Both the position numbers and the translations under genes were made by a program. A stretch of 64,000 bases of DNA, taken from Rotaria socialis (Eukaryota). The stretch spans positions 1-64,000 of the forward strand of contig CAJNYD010000036.1 of NCBI GenBank assembly GCA_905331295.1. The letters run 5' to 3'. Each line of letters begins with the position of its first letter. The first letter of the stretch is position 1. Below, one piece after another: positions 26,219 to 40,334 of the stretch. The notes beneath the pieces are model-generated. The model was given only the letters and a program-made list of their open reading frames with translations, searched no databases and was not told where the DNA came from.

Positions 26219-28464
26219 AGTTTATTAATAAATATTGAAAATATGTTCAATAAAGAAAAAGAATATCGTCATTTTCGTTTTAAAAAAGTATGTCAGTTCG
26301 ATAATCGAAAACAAAAATGTGATGTACTCTAGACACCTAATTAAAATATGTAGGCGTAAAAATCTGCATATAATAGTTATCGAACGTTGCCCTTTTATGT
26401 CATATTCACAGTAAATTTTGACCTGTGAAAAGAAAAGTATACTGTACTGTTATGTAAGGATTCTATTTATTTATTTAATTAAAAAATAAAGAAACTTTAT
26501 CTTGTAATAGTCGACTATTTCAGACAACTGTGCAATCCTTGCATATAACACAAATTGCAATAGAATGCTTGTATACTCTTTGTCAATTAATTTTGATTGA
26601 ATCGACTTTCTTAAACACAAAAAGCTAACATGTAAATAAATGTTGATATCATCATTTTTGAGTATTATTATTATAATTCTAACTGAATATTTTCTTTTTC
26701 GTATACTAATCAGGGAAATTTTTGCTTGCAAGCAAAGTAAACAAGTTTAAAGATACGTGATATTATGCTACAAGAAAATATTTGACATAAAACAAATGCT
26801 ATCATTTCATATCATGTACTGGAATCGACATATATCCATTTGATTTATTATACCGTGGAGCAATATTTGCAACATTCATATATCTTTAATTCCATCAACA
26901 ATTCTATAGTGAGCAAAACGTGACAACCGATGAATAGCTTGAAAATACAAAAAAAAATGACTCCAAAATCTCTAAGCAATCTACAATATATTGCTTGATA
27001 CAATGTTCAAATCAATTAAAATTAACAATTTTGAATGTCATGTTATGCTCTATTAATGACTTTCAAATCGGAAGGAGACTATAAAAAAAATGCAAAGTCA
27101 TTTTACGATTGAAGAATTCCGTTGAGTATGATTGTGCATGATATTTCAAAGAATAATTTTATCCTTTCATTACAGTTTAATAAACATTCAAGTTATATAT
27201 TTTATTTATAAAATGCTTTTAATAGAAAGAATAATAATAATAATAATATACGTCGTCAAAGCACATTTATGTCATAGCTAGTTGAGTACATTTATTGCTC
27301 GTTGAAAAATATGTGTAACCTAATTTATTTCGTATATATTACTGTTCTTCTATTTTTGGAAATATAAGTCATTGAATATTCTTCGGTGATGATGAAAGAG
27401 AAAAGCATTGTACTTTGCTTTGATGGAATTACAAAACTGAAAATTAAGATGAGTATAAGATTACTCCCTTTGAGTAATATCACAAGTAACACGACTCTCT
27501 CTAATAGTATCATTTTTACATCTATATTTGTAAAGATATTTTATAATAAATGATATTTTTTTCAAATTGATGCATGATGAAATCTATCATCACATTTGAA
27601 ACACAATAGATGTTATTGATTTATTCTAATCGATCTTAAGAAGGTCAAACAAAAAATTTCTAAGAAAGACTTCAATTAGTAACTAAAATCAAAAAAAAAG
27701 AAATTAAATATTTCATTAAAGGAACACTTATTCGTTCGCAATCAATCTCAAATTAACAAACAAAATACGTAAACGGACAACCAGCTTTCTTGCTAAAAGA
27801 GCCGAATCGAATTTGCAAGGTTTAGACTAGTGCAAGATCTTGCACTAGCGAATGTTTACGTCTGCCCATTTGACGATAATATATCAAGATCTGCTTTTAT
27901 TTTCCCTATGGCAAAAACGTTTCCGGTACTCCGTTTACAAGAATGCAGATTTTTATGACGTGTCTATTTAAAGATATTATTATAAAAAATTTTGTTATTG
28001 TTAATATTCGTGACATAGTAGCAATCCTTTAGACGTCTGTATTGGCAGACCTTTCGGTGCATGATAACTAGTGTAAAATATTTTTAATGGGAGCATTTCA
28101 AAGAATTCAACAGGTCAAAGTTTGAAGAATTAAAAAGTTCATGCTTCAGCATTTGCCTCTGAAGCAACATACGCATAATGAATCATGATAGCAACATTCT
28201 GTGACGTAAGTGTTAATAAATTAAATGAATATTATTCTCTTAAGAAGTGAAAAATAATGAGCATCTCTCTTTTTTCTTTGTCTCTTTCCATAATCTCTCT
28301 TATATGCTTCTCATTTCCGACAATCTTCAATAAGAAACATTAGAAGAACGCAATATACTATATAAATGACAGTTCTGACAGCATTTATATATTTATTTTT
28401 GGTATAACTCTTCAGTCCTGAATAACGCTAAGCACACACAGATTAACTGTTTCACACAAACAAC

Positions 28465-28938
28465 ATGCATTTATATCGTATGTTTCTGGTGTTTTTTCAT
28501 TTATGCAGTGCCCTATGCTATGTTCCACATTTAATAACACATATAATAAACATCCGATTTGCTTATATTACTCTTCGCACAAGATGTGCTTATATAACTT
28601 ACTGGATTAGCTATTGTTTACTTGTGTTGGGTGTGTTAATATGGTGTTTGATTGTTGTCTGTCGAAAAAAAACGATATGGCAAATAATTCAAGTATCAGG
28701 TTATGTACTGATTGCAAAATTACTGTATACAGTATTTGACGTCACCGTCAGAATTCTTTTCCGTTATTCAAGTTTTGTTATTGCTTTTGACATCGTACAT
28801 ATTACAATATTAACACCAGCTATCATACTGACATTTCTACTTGTCCAACATGTTAAAAGCAAAGAAACTTTAAAGAACAATTCTGAAACGTTAATTAGTC
28901 GTGTACAGGAATCGTCCGATTCTAAAGAACACCATTAA
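28465..28938 (+). CDS. Intronless small 4-TM membrane protein (157 aa), uncharacterised
   Basis: Intact ATG-to-TAA ORF with four hydrophobic helices and a charged tail; TATA-like tatataaat at ~28359; AATAAA after the stop. Confidence 0.8.
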   Translation: MHLYRMFLVFFHLCSALCYVPHLITHIINIRFAYITLRTRCAYITYWISYCLLVLGVLIWCLIVVCRKKTIWQIIQVSGYVLIAKLLYTVFDVTVRILFRYSSFVIAFDIVHITILTPAIILTFLLVQHVKSKETLKNNSETLISRVQESSDSKEHH

Positions 28939-30150
28939 TTTTTTTTAATTTAAATAAACTTATTTAATAACCTAGCTAGTTTTATTAATGAACGGTTTTC
29001 CTCAGGGAAAATTTTTTAATAAGTCAGAAATGTGATAAATAGTTCAAATGACTTGCAATTGACATACCTTTTAATATAACGCTTCAAAAAAAAAAATAAA
29101 TGGAATCTCAGGAAGATTTTTAAAGGAAGACGGCCTCAATCTACCTTTACAAATCGGGCAATGTTTCTACACCCAATGAATTTGTTGTTCAAGAAACTCA
29201 ACAAAGCTACGTCTAGTAAAAATTAAACGAGCAATTGAAAACTTCTATATTAGAAGAACAATATCCGATGTGCAATGGTATTGAAATACGCGACTACGAC
29301 TTCTTTACGAAGTTTTTCCTTTTATGCGTGTGCATGAAATGCGTAAATCTTAGAAAATTTGTCCATAGCACATGACTTTCTTGCTCAAAAAGATTTTGCG
29401 CATCAAATAAGAAGTTTCACGATGAAAATTATAATTATATATGTATAAATAATTCAAGTGCAAGAACTCAGTAGTACAATTCAAAAAATAGATATGAGAA
29501 GAATGATTTCATAATTTCAATAGTATAATATTTTACTTCTAAGATAGATTTTTATTTAAAATTAAAATAGAAAAAGAGATTAACCTAATGAAGCTTCTTT
29601 GTTTGTTTTTTTTCGTATTCCTAATTCAATCTCTTCATGGAATTAGGAATAATAAACTTTTTCTTATCATATTCTTGAGCCGAAATAAATTGTAAAAATT
29701 TCTTCACAATTATCATGGATGATTATTTTGTTTATAATTCAATACGAATCATTTTTTCTATAATAATTCATTCGGTGATTAGATTCTACAGATGAATCTG
29801 TCAATTAAAAGCGTATGACTCAATCTCTTGATAGAAAATTTTTGTATTTCAAAGTAACGAAAAAGAAGGTATGTCACATTTAAATTGTACTCAATGGCTT
29901 TGTTCTTAGAAGAATCTAGCTTTATATTTCAATTTTAATTATAGCTGTAGAACGTTTGTTTATATATAGTCATCCTATTTAAAAAAAATCATCCTGTAAG
30001 TGAACCAACATGATGATCATATTAATTACAGCTGATTATAGTCTAATATGCGTAATGCATTCTAAAGAGGATTAAATTCGTTTTTTTTTCATATATATTT
30101 ATTCAGATAAAAATAATATTCATATATGACAAATCTTTTGGTTTGCAGAT

Positions 30151-32830
30151 CTAGTTCAACTTTGAAGTAAGAGATTCATTTTCGCGAATTGCCTAAAATA
30201 TGTAAAGAAACAATTAGCAATAGCACATATGTATATATATATATATATAAAATAAATAGTTATACTTCTTGAAAATCTTTAAGAACTTTAGCATAATGCC
30301 TGGCTTTATCAACTAATTGTGCTAATTGAATATTTAATCCATCACGCTTTGACTGTTCTGCTTGTTGACGTTGTTCAATTTTAATTCGATTTTGTTTGAC
30401 ACTTTCAACAATGTTTTCTAATTGTTTAAGAAAATTTTCTTTACCAATTTGTGATTGAAAAGCTCTAGTAGAAAGCTCAAAATTAATTAATATAAAATAG
30501 TTTCATTTACTGTGGATAATTTTCATAGATTGAGTCAAGTAATGTGATTTCTTTTTTCATATAATCAATCATATCAGTGAATGTATTATATAAGGAATAG
30601 TTCTGTTTTGTTTGTCGATATAAAACAGCACTTTGATTGTATAATTGAAAAAATGCTTGACGATATTGAGCTAGTTCAATAGGAGTTGGAATATCATCTA
30701 TATGTCGACTTATTGATGAGATTTCGCGTATTTTCTTTGCCTAAAAATAGAAAGAAAAAAAAACTGATCTAGTTTTTCTACTAGATTAAAAATGTCAATT
30801 AAAGAATCCCATGAACAAAATATGAGATTAATACGAGTTGCAAAACAATTTATTCTTCTTTCTAAGTTCTATAAAGAGTCAATAAAAATAAAGCTATAGG
30901 CTGTAATTTACTAGAGCAATTCTTTGATTTTGTAATCGATCAGAAACTAATTGATATTGTTCTTCAATTTTTTTCATTTTTTCTTGTTCTTCTGGATCTA
31001 TATCAGATGCCGATTGTGAACGAGTTTCTAATTGAGCAATTTCTTGTTCAAGTTCACTCTTCTGCCTTTTATACGTTACACGTCGTTCTTGTTCTTGTTT
31101 TTTTATTGTTTCATATTCAGCTACAAGCGCTTCAACAAGTTTCAGTGATCTGAACAAAAACAAAACATGAAAATATTTCATTGAGATGGACAATAAAAGA
31201 AAGAAATTACTCAGAATCGATATTTTTTGTTTGCATTTCGATTTCTTCAAGTTCTGTATTCAATTGTTGATATTGTTGTTTAATCTTTATGAAAAAGTGG
31301 AAATAAACCCATGAAAAATCTGAACTAAATATTTACTTCTAATGCTGAATTTCTTTTTTCCTCTTTTTGTATTTTAGTTTGTTCAATAAGATTTTGTAAT
31401 GTATTAATTTTTTCAGTTTGTTTACTTATTTGAATTTTAAATGTACGTAAAGCCAGTTGTTGTTGACCACTTTCAGATAGAAGAGTTTCTTTAAGACGAG
31501 CTTTTTCCTTTAAAACCAAAAACAATTTCTTTCGTCTTTTTCAGCACAAAATTTCTTTCTATTACTTTTTCTTCGAAATCTTCAATAATTTCACGTAGAG
31601 TATCTTGCTGTTGATTAACTAATAAATGTACAACTTGTGTCGGAATTTTAGACTGAAATTTGGAAAAATAATTTTTCAAAAAGTCACTAAAATTTTTATT
31701 TTACTTTTTCTTGAACCATATTTTTAATAAGTGCATTAACATCCTGTTGAGGCTTTTCATCATCATCATCTAATGATGCGAGTAATTGATGTACTTGACC
31801 AAATTCTACAAGTGTGGAATGTATTCGTCTACGACGTTCATCAGACGTATTTAATCGCTTCTTTTTACTATCCAAACATCGATACCGGCGTTGTGGTCGA
31901 TGGCGAATCTGAAGAAAAAAAATGATCTTCATGTGATTTTTATTTTCTACACAGAGAACTTACTCGAATGGCTTCAACGTTTTGTTTTAGTGATATTGTC
32001 GTTTGTTGTTGTACTGCATTTTTTGTCTCACCAAAATGTTTATCATATTGACTTAATGTATAGGCTCGATTGAAATCACCTATATCAGCACGTCGTTCAA
32101 AAACTCGTTTAACAAGCCATTGAACAACAGGGAATATATGTATAAAATCGCCACCTTGAATTTGATGTGGTTCTATTGGATACGGACATTTCATACGAGA
32201 TAAAACAACAACAATACGTTCTGTTAATGCTCTAATTAAATGAAAGAATGATTTTCTTTGTTTTTAAGGGTTCAATTACGAATATAAAATATCCTTTCAT
32301 ACATTTTTTGACCAAGAATAGCATTCTCTTGATAAAGTACATCAATATCAACAGTAAAGTTGCAAGCTTGAATGCTCCAGGCTAGTCCACCGACCACCTG
32401 CGAAAAGATAAGTGTATACATAGGCAAAAGCAATGAACGATTACTTTATCGAATTCAGACAACCCTTTGATTCGTACGCGAAAATAGCCAGCGGCTAATA
32501 ATAATTCCATCGTCTGATCACATTTCGCTTTTTGTTCTGGATCTTCACGTACATCAAACTAATTAGAAGAAGCAGAAGATTTAAAACTAATTATGAGAAA
32601 ATTTAATATTATAGAAAGGCATGTTTGAAATGTCTAGTCATAACTTTTTTATTCTTTCTCTTGTATGATTGGCTATTAGAGTTTGCACATATCTTTTGAT
32701 GAATGACGCACCATAAGATCGATCATTGTATAGTAAGTACCTGTCTCAGTCTGCCTTCTTCATCCAAAGTACTCATTTTTTGCCGTACTAAGACTGTCTG
32801 CATTTTTTGTTCCACAGATGATAGCGACAT
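30151..32830 (-). CDS. CCDC93: Coiled-coil domain-containing protein 93 (CCC/Commander complex)
   Basis: Exons give [46 protein letters not shown]...[31 protein letters not shown] and C-terminal [20 protein letters not shown], matching CCDC93 hallmarks; ~12 short introns. Confidence 0.92.
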
Positions 32831-33301
32831 ATTTTCTTTTTTTGTTTTGTTGAGAGTTTTTTTTGTTCAGATCTGAAATTATGAACAATTCATTAAGCAT
32901 TCATAGAAAGAAAAAAAAGAGACAAATCTATACTTGACCTTTTTCTCTTTCTTTCGCATTATCATGTAGAGAAAATATGTGTGTTTATTATGACATGATC
33001 GTCTCGCCGTCGATTCATTCTGTCTAGCTATGTATATGTGTGTGTCTGCTGCCCTTCCTCTCTTATTCTCTTTGCTTTCATACTCCCACTCATGCTAGAC
33101 GTTCTCCATTAATGTCTGTTCAATGTAAAAGAATAATAGAAAGAGAACGCGAAAGAGCAACACTCATTCAGTGTCCAGACAGACGACGAACTAGTGAACG
33201 GTCGGGCGGGCAGACTGTCGTCGTCTTGAGATCTCTCACAATGTTTCTCATTATTATGACTAAAATATGATCAATTAAAATTGTTTGATTAATCTTAACC
33301 T

Positions 33302-33889
33302 ATGACATCGTCCACATCATCGTACATGAAAACTTCTGATGAAAGTCATCCATATCATCATGATACTCCAACATCCTCGTCAACATCATTTTCAACTTCA
33401 TCATCGTGTTCAAGTCCTGATATTCAAAAAAAAGAATACACTTTACTAAACAATAAATCACGTCGTAAAAAACGTGATTTTATACCCGACGATAAAAAAG
33501 ATCCGACCTATTGGTCACAACGATCAAAAAATAATCTATCTGCTAAACGTTCACGCGTAAAAAGACGAGTGAATGATCTTGTATTAGAAACAAAATTAAC
33601 ACAATTAAACAATGAAAATCAAATATTACGAGCGAAAATCGATATGTTAGCAAGAAAATTTGGCCATTTATCGAACAATGAAGAAGATCAAAATGAAGCT
33701 GCAGACGACAGCGATGTTAAATTTGATAATAAAGAACCTGAGCAAACACAACTGTTAAATATTCTCGATCAATCAGCATCATCAAACATAAATTCAACAG
33801 AACAACAATCGCTGATTGAAAAAACATCAACTGTAGTACCAACACCAATGCCAATGAAATGGCGTTTCAAATTATTTAATATGACATGA
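33302..33889 (+). CDS. NFIL3: bZIP transcription factor, NFIL3/E4BP4/vrille-like
   Basis: RRKKRDFIPDDKKDPTYWSQRSKNNLSAKRSRVKRRVNDLVLETKLTQLNNENQILRAKI basic-zipper region; C-terminal PMPMKWRFK resembles the LPHKLRxK repression motif. Confidence 0.8.
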   Translation: MTSSTSSYMKTSDESHPYHHDTPTSSSTSFSTSSSCSSPDIQKKEYTLLNNKSRRKKRDFIPDDKKDPTYWSQRSKNNLSAKRSRVKRRVNDLVLETKLTQLNNENQILRAKIDMLARKFGHLSNNEEDQNEAADDSDVKFDNKEPEQTQLLNILDQSASSNINSTEQQSLIEKTSTVVPTPMPMKWRFKLFNMT

Positions 33890-35298
33890 AATTCTTCATA
33901 TAATTATTGTATAGAAAAAAAAAATATCTATCTATATATGGCTGGTATGTATGCAGAGAAAAAAAGAACAAACAATTCGAGATAATTAAATGGGATTTCC
34001 GATCAAAATATCTCGAAGTTTTCTATTAACAAATACGAAATTCCACGTTTGATTTATATGAAAAACACAATATTATCGAGACTTTTATCGTTTTTCTTTA
34101 AAGCACGAAACAAAAAAACAATTACTGTTGTATTGTCATTGTTTAGTTACAATTTCTATGTGAATAAATAAATAAATGTTTGATATTGAAGATGAATTTT
34201 TATCAATGAAACGAATTCCTTCATGATTTTTTTTCTTATTTTGATAATGTATAAAATTAATAATTATCTACAAACAGTTTTCATCATCAACATCCATTTA
34301 TGGGTTAAAAACAAATAAACAATCGACAATAGTATGAAACGAATGAAGTGATGTTCGAGTATATTTAACAATCGATAGGATTACTCATATGATAATTAAA
34401 CGAGTTCACTAGTGATGGGATTTCATAGTGAAAACAAAAAATATCTCATTACTTTTTCGATTTATTTTTCACACTATTGTCGTAAGGTCTCATATTTTTA
34501 TTGAAAAAATGTATCGGTTCATTCAATTAATATTCTCACAGTTTGTAATCATCCATGAGAACTATTGATTTGTTAGTGCTTGAAGAAAATAGTAAAAAAA
34601 GAACAGTAATATCAGTAAACGTTACTTTTAGCTCTCAATTATCCTTATAGTATTGATCCGATAAGCTATGTCTATTAGGAATACAATTCACTGTCTACAG
34701 TTTAGCAAGTGCTGAAAGAGAAGATATAATCTGAGATGCTTTTATGTTTAGTCTACAGAGAAGAGACATGTAATGGTTTTTATTCAAGAATTCTAATGAA
34801 AATAAACACTATAGTAAACATTTTACTACGCACTACCAATTGATGTAATAAATGCCATTCTAACTATTTATCGATGACACTTGCCAACCAAAAAAAAACC
34901 TAAATTGTAAACAATTAGCTGACAATATAGTATCATGTATTTTGACTAGAACAACAGTAAAATATAGCTTTCAGGAAATGTTTATAACGCAAGTTGATGT
35001 TCCGGAATAAAATAGACTCCATAAATCTATCGAACAGTATATAACTCACTGAGGCCTTTAAAGCGTGGATTATTGAAAATCAATGATTCAAGCTATTTCA
35101 TCTCAAGTGGTATGCAGATTTTCAAAACAAATACTACGTGGAATTACATTGAAGTGCGCCGAGAAAAAAAAACATTCGCGCATTTCTTTCTATATCTTGA
35201 TAGACTCTAATGAAAAACAAAAGAAATAAAAATAAGAAAGAATATTTTATTTTTAGTAAATAATTCACGAAAAAAAAGAGAAAAGAAAAAGAATTGTA

Positions 35299-36899
35299 TT
35301 AGACAATATAAATTTCTCCTGAACAGTCACGGCAACAATTTAAGGTTAAATTTTCATAACGTGTTGTTGGATGAAAACGTTCATGGGATTTTTTTTGGCT
35401 AACTAATTTTAAACGATTAATCATAGATTCTATTTGTTCAATATCATTTAATTTTTTATCAATTGTATTTGTTGATGCTTGTACTGATGATGATACCGAT
35501 GTATGACTCTGTAAAATCTAGATAACAAAAAGAAACATTTATAAAAAAAAAATAGAATCGCCTATTCTATTTGTAGACTGACCTCCAGTGCACATGTTTC
35601 TGTTTCAGTTAATTCAAGTTGTATACTCAATTGACGATAATTTGCTTGCTGATGAAATATAGTCTGTTTTAAATAATTATAAAGTGATGATGCTAATGTT
35701 TGTACGTAAGATGAAAGTTGAATTAAATCGAATTTCGGCGAGATTGATAGATGTTTTCGACTATTATTTAAGGCCATTTCATTCAACAACGATAGAGAAC
35801 TAGATATCGGAATAAAAACAAAAAAGTGAAGATTTAATTTTTGAATATAAACGAAAAATAAACCTATGAGCTTGAACAAGTTCTTTTGCTATTTTAGAAC
35901 GTTCAGCAAGTAAACGTTGAATAACATTAGTGCAATCATTATATTGAACACTCAAAACACTTTTATGCATGTTAAGTTCATCGATTAGAACTCTACAGAG
36001 AAAAAAATAAATAATTTGAATATTTAAATAAATAATAATTCATTAATCAATTTACCGGCTGCCTGCTAGTTTACTTTGATTAATATCGCATTTGATAGTA
36101 AGTTTTTCAATATCTTCAAGTAAATCATTTATTTTTCTTGTTAATGTTTGAATTTCTATTTCATAACGAGATTTGTCACTAGAATGAAAAATTAAAATAT
36201 TTAAAAAAATTGAATAGAAAAATGAATACCGAAGAAGTCGTTCTAATCGATATTGAAAATCATTACCAATTGAAGCAACAAGTAATTTTTTCAGCTCAGC
36301 ATTAACCTAAAGAAATGATTAATATTCTAATAATAGTTTCCTTGATTGAACAAATAAATACTTGAGTTTGAATATCAAGTTGTTGTTTAAGACCAGCATT
36401 TTCATCTTGTGCACGTTCTAATTCAAGTTTCAGTTCTTGTTGATCACTTGATAAATTAAGATCTTGAGATGTATGAGTATTTGGACTCGATGGTCTAAAG
36501 TAAAAGAAAAAGAAACTATTGTATCAATCATTTTTAATTAAACACAAAATTTCATCTGTGAACAATAGCTGACCTTATTCCATAGAGAATTTCATCGACG
36601 TTAATTGATGCTTGGAATGGCTCAACAGTAGCAGTCGGTTTAATTTTATTTCCAATATTAATGATATCTTTTGTAATGATATTCGATGATAAAAGTGGTG
36701 ATGGAGATCTAGTACTATTGTGATATCGATATAGTTGTGTGGAAATAGATTGTTCAGGAACCGTAGGAATACATTTTGTTTGCTCTGTTCTTGAAATAGC
36801 TGCTCGAGTTGGTTCCCATGGAATGTAATGTAAATGCTTATGAGCACGTTTATTTACACGTTGATCATTATCTATCACCGGACTATCATTTGAATTCAT
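35299..36899 (-). CDS. BLZF1: Golgin-45 / BLZF1
   Basis: YIPWEPTRAAI; QTQVNAELKKLLVASIGNDFQYRLERL; C-terminal HPTTRYENLTLNCCRDCSGEIYIV*, the golgin-45 GRASP55-binding Cys tail. Confidence 0.9.
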
Positions 36900-37024
36900 C
36901 TATCTAAAAACAAAAACAGAATAAGAGAAAACGAGATTATTTTGATTTTATTGCTAATATGCAATTTAAAGCAAACGAAATATTTTAAATTAGATAAATT
37001 TATCTTCTTATGTTAAAATACTGT

Positions 37025-38380
37025 TCATAGTTGTAGTGAGATCAATGAAAACACAGATGAATAACCACGAAATAAATTTTTTCCAGTTTGCTGTTTTGCT
37101 ATTGTTTGATTACTCTTTGGTAAATAATCATGGCCAAGTTCACCGTTTCCAAAAACGCCAATTAATGGTGTACTAGGAAATAATTTACGAAATTCAGAAC
37201 ATTCAACATTTTGCTCATCATTATAATAATTTGAGCCACGGGCAATACAACTTATTTGTATTGCAAATGATAAACACGGATTAGTTTCTAGGTATTTTAA
37301 TTCTTTTAATTTATCTCGTATTTGTTCACGTGTACGTATATGATTTTCTAATAAAACTTCACCAATATGTAAACGTTTTTTATCACCTGTTATAACAATT
37401 CCACATGCATCATACGATGTTCTTGATGTATGAATTTGTCTATCGTCATAATTGATTTTATCAACAAAACCTCCAATAATAGCTATTTGTGATGGATAAT
37501 ATTCAAGTAATTTTTTTATACAATCAACTGCATAGGATTGACGTTGTACAAAGAAAAATATAACACATCGTATTTGGACATCATCCGGTACTGAACCAAG
37601 AAAACGATGTAATTCAGACCGTGACATATCGGATGCTATTTGAGCAGTCGATGGAATTTCAAATGGATATACTCCAAGTACATCTGGAGGAAAATGGGGA
37701 AGAAATAAAATACCAATGGCATCATCTAAATAAATGAAAAAGAATTATTATTTTCATTAGTTTTTTTTTTCTTGAAAATACAAAATAAAACTAGATGATT
37801 ACTATTTACCTGATTCAATTTCATTCGATTGATTATTCTCTGTTGATGCAATAATTCCATCGGCAGCTATCATTAAAACTTTACATGATTTATTTAAATG
37901 TCTTATCAGTGCTTGTGATATACCAAAACGTTCAGTAATTCGTTTTGAACTTCCTGCTTCTGAATGAACTCTACGCGGATGCTTTATTGGCGGCGGAGAA
38001 TTCCCTGAAGAATAAAATCCTTTACTTGCTAATATATTTGTCGATACAACTAAGGCGAAAGTTGGTAAAGACCAAAGATGATTATTTATATATAATGATA
38101 TAAATTCATCAAAGTCATGTAAAAGATTAGAACATGTTGTTGTTGTTGATAACGGATTTGACGGATAGGTTAAAGTATGAATTGTATGACGATGAGATTT
38201 CGTTAAACGAGATATATCGGTCCATGATTGACAAACTAATGAACATGAATCAACTGAACGAATTGGTAAGTGTCGAAATATTGCTCGAGTTATGTCATAA
38301 ATTGTGGTAAAAATATCATGAGGTAATATTGATGTACAAGATTCGACCTTGTTATTTTCCTCTGTAGCATACTCGTCCAT
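37025..38380 (-). CDS. FBXO22: F-box only protein 22-like (F-box + FIST-C), two exons
   Basis: F-box ITRAIFRHLPIRSVDSCSLVCQSW; FIST-C 'SCIARGSNYY...ECSEFRKLFPSTPLIGVFGNGELG'; intron ~37726-37809. Confidence 0.85.
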
Positions 38381-38987
38381 AGACGTGACAAGGATTAAAT
38401 AGTATGCCTAACTGACAGAACAATTTTGTACCTACTACCCGATGAGTCATGGGTATCAATGGTTAGAACCAATCATTATCGATTGTCACTAGCAGACAGA
38501 TAGCAACTAGAACTCATCTTCTCTTTATCTACGATACATTCACAAATAGTATTATATTGCTGAAGTCGAAACTAGTAAAAGAAATTGGAGCATACCTTTT
38601 ATGCGTGAAAAACAAGACTTTACGAAAGTCTTCTATTATCGAATTTCAATATAAAATGCAAAGAAAGATTGTAAGCATTTTTTTTGTTGTTGCATGTTCG
38701 TTGATTATTTGTTAGAGTAACAAACTTTATAAGCTTTATGCAAATTCGTCTTACACACTATTTAGTATTTTACCGCATCAAAGAAAAACCACAAATATAT
38801 TCAAAATAGGATGACAACTAATGTTCATACACTTGCGGGATATTTTCAAGTGAAGAATACGATATAGGATGATCAAATATAAAAATCATAGCAATGAGAA
38901 AATGTTACGAAATGAATATTGTCCATAAAAATGTTTGAATATTGTTCTTGTTGATTATCAACTAGTGTGTTGAATGTTGTTGTTGAT

Positions 38988-39602
38988 GGGTCTACGGCAA
39001 TTGGTCGTAGAGACAATTTGGCGCTACGACAATTAGTTGTATCATAGAATTGGTCGAAATTCTCGAAAATAAAATTGCAGAAAAGTTTTTATTAGTTTTA
39101 CAGAAAAATAACTCAGAGAGATCTAGACAATAGCTAACAATCTAGTCAAAAATCAGGAACATTAAATATGAGTATGAATATCGATGTTTAGCAAACTCTT
39201 CTAATTACGTATAAAGCACTACATGAGAGCCAGTGGTAGTTACTTTAAAACTTTGCTTCATGCGAATGACTTTTTTCTTATTCGGAGGTCTCTGTCTGCT
39301 GCGCTTTTCGCCATTCCGCTATGAATATAGTTTTCATCTTTTCATAATATTTCGATGAAGCTGAACAGCGAATGCCATCATTCAGTTAGCGTTTACCAGC
39401 CAGACCATCTACTTATCTATTTCATGAAGCACATCGTCATTTTTTACACATACCCTCTCAGCCTCAAGCTGTGCTATGTGTGATTGAGTCACAATTGTGT
39501 AAATTGAAGTTTTTTTGAATTAGAAAAGAACCATGCTTCAGTCAAACATGCGACCAAATCTACACTGCGACTAATTGTCGTTCGACCAATTCTCGCTCTC
39601 CC
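38988..39602. mobile_element. Degenerate non-autonomous TIR element (MITE-like), ~615 bp
   Basis: Left end ggg...aattggtcg...acgacaattagttg...agaattggtcg and right end cgaccaaatc...cgactaattgtcgttcgaccaattc...ccc are imperfect inverted copies built from an 'aattggtcg' unit. No clear TSD. Confidence 0.55.
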
Positions 39603-40334
39603 ACTTTTCTCATTTCATCTTTCGATTGACTCAACATGAAATGCTGGCCATCGGTCGCTTCTAAGAAATGATATATATTTATTGGTTGAATGGTTAGCAA
39701 CAAAAACAGAACAAAAACTGGAGATAGAGAATAAATTGTATATCATCTTTTTACTGATTCTTTTAAAAAAAAACTCTTCTTTCTGTTCTGCTCATAGTTG
39801 TATAGTAATATCATAAAAAAAATAGCAGCATCTTTCATTGTTCTAGTTTACACCCTTCAACGCATTTGAATGGTGGTGATTACAATGTCATTCGCAGTAG
39901 TTCTGTAGTCATAGAGGACTAGATATCGATGCACGTTTATTGATTTGTAGTTGACTGTTTTTGACATATCGTTTATATTCTTTTCTAATTCGGCCATATC
40001 TGTTACTTTAGTAATTAGCAGCAACTCAAATATGAGATGAAGTGACCAATAGTGAAGTCGTCCAATGATCTTATAGAAGATATAAAAATTATATTCAGTT
40101 TCTTGAATCTCAGTGAGGGCTAACAGAATAGCTATTAATTAAATCGAAGAGAAAAATGTGACACTACGATCTATTTCTACATAGATCGGAAAATTGATTG
40201 TTGATAAGAGAAATTAAGAACAGTTTTTTCTATTCTAAGCAAATGATCCCTAGGATCAATAAATAATTTATTATGAATAAATAGATATCACAAAAACAAA
40301 AACATATGAATAAATACATATAGATCTCGAGATT

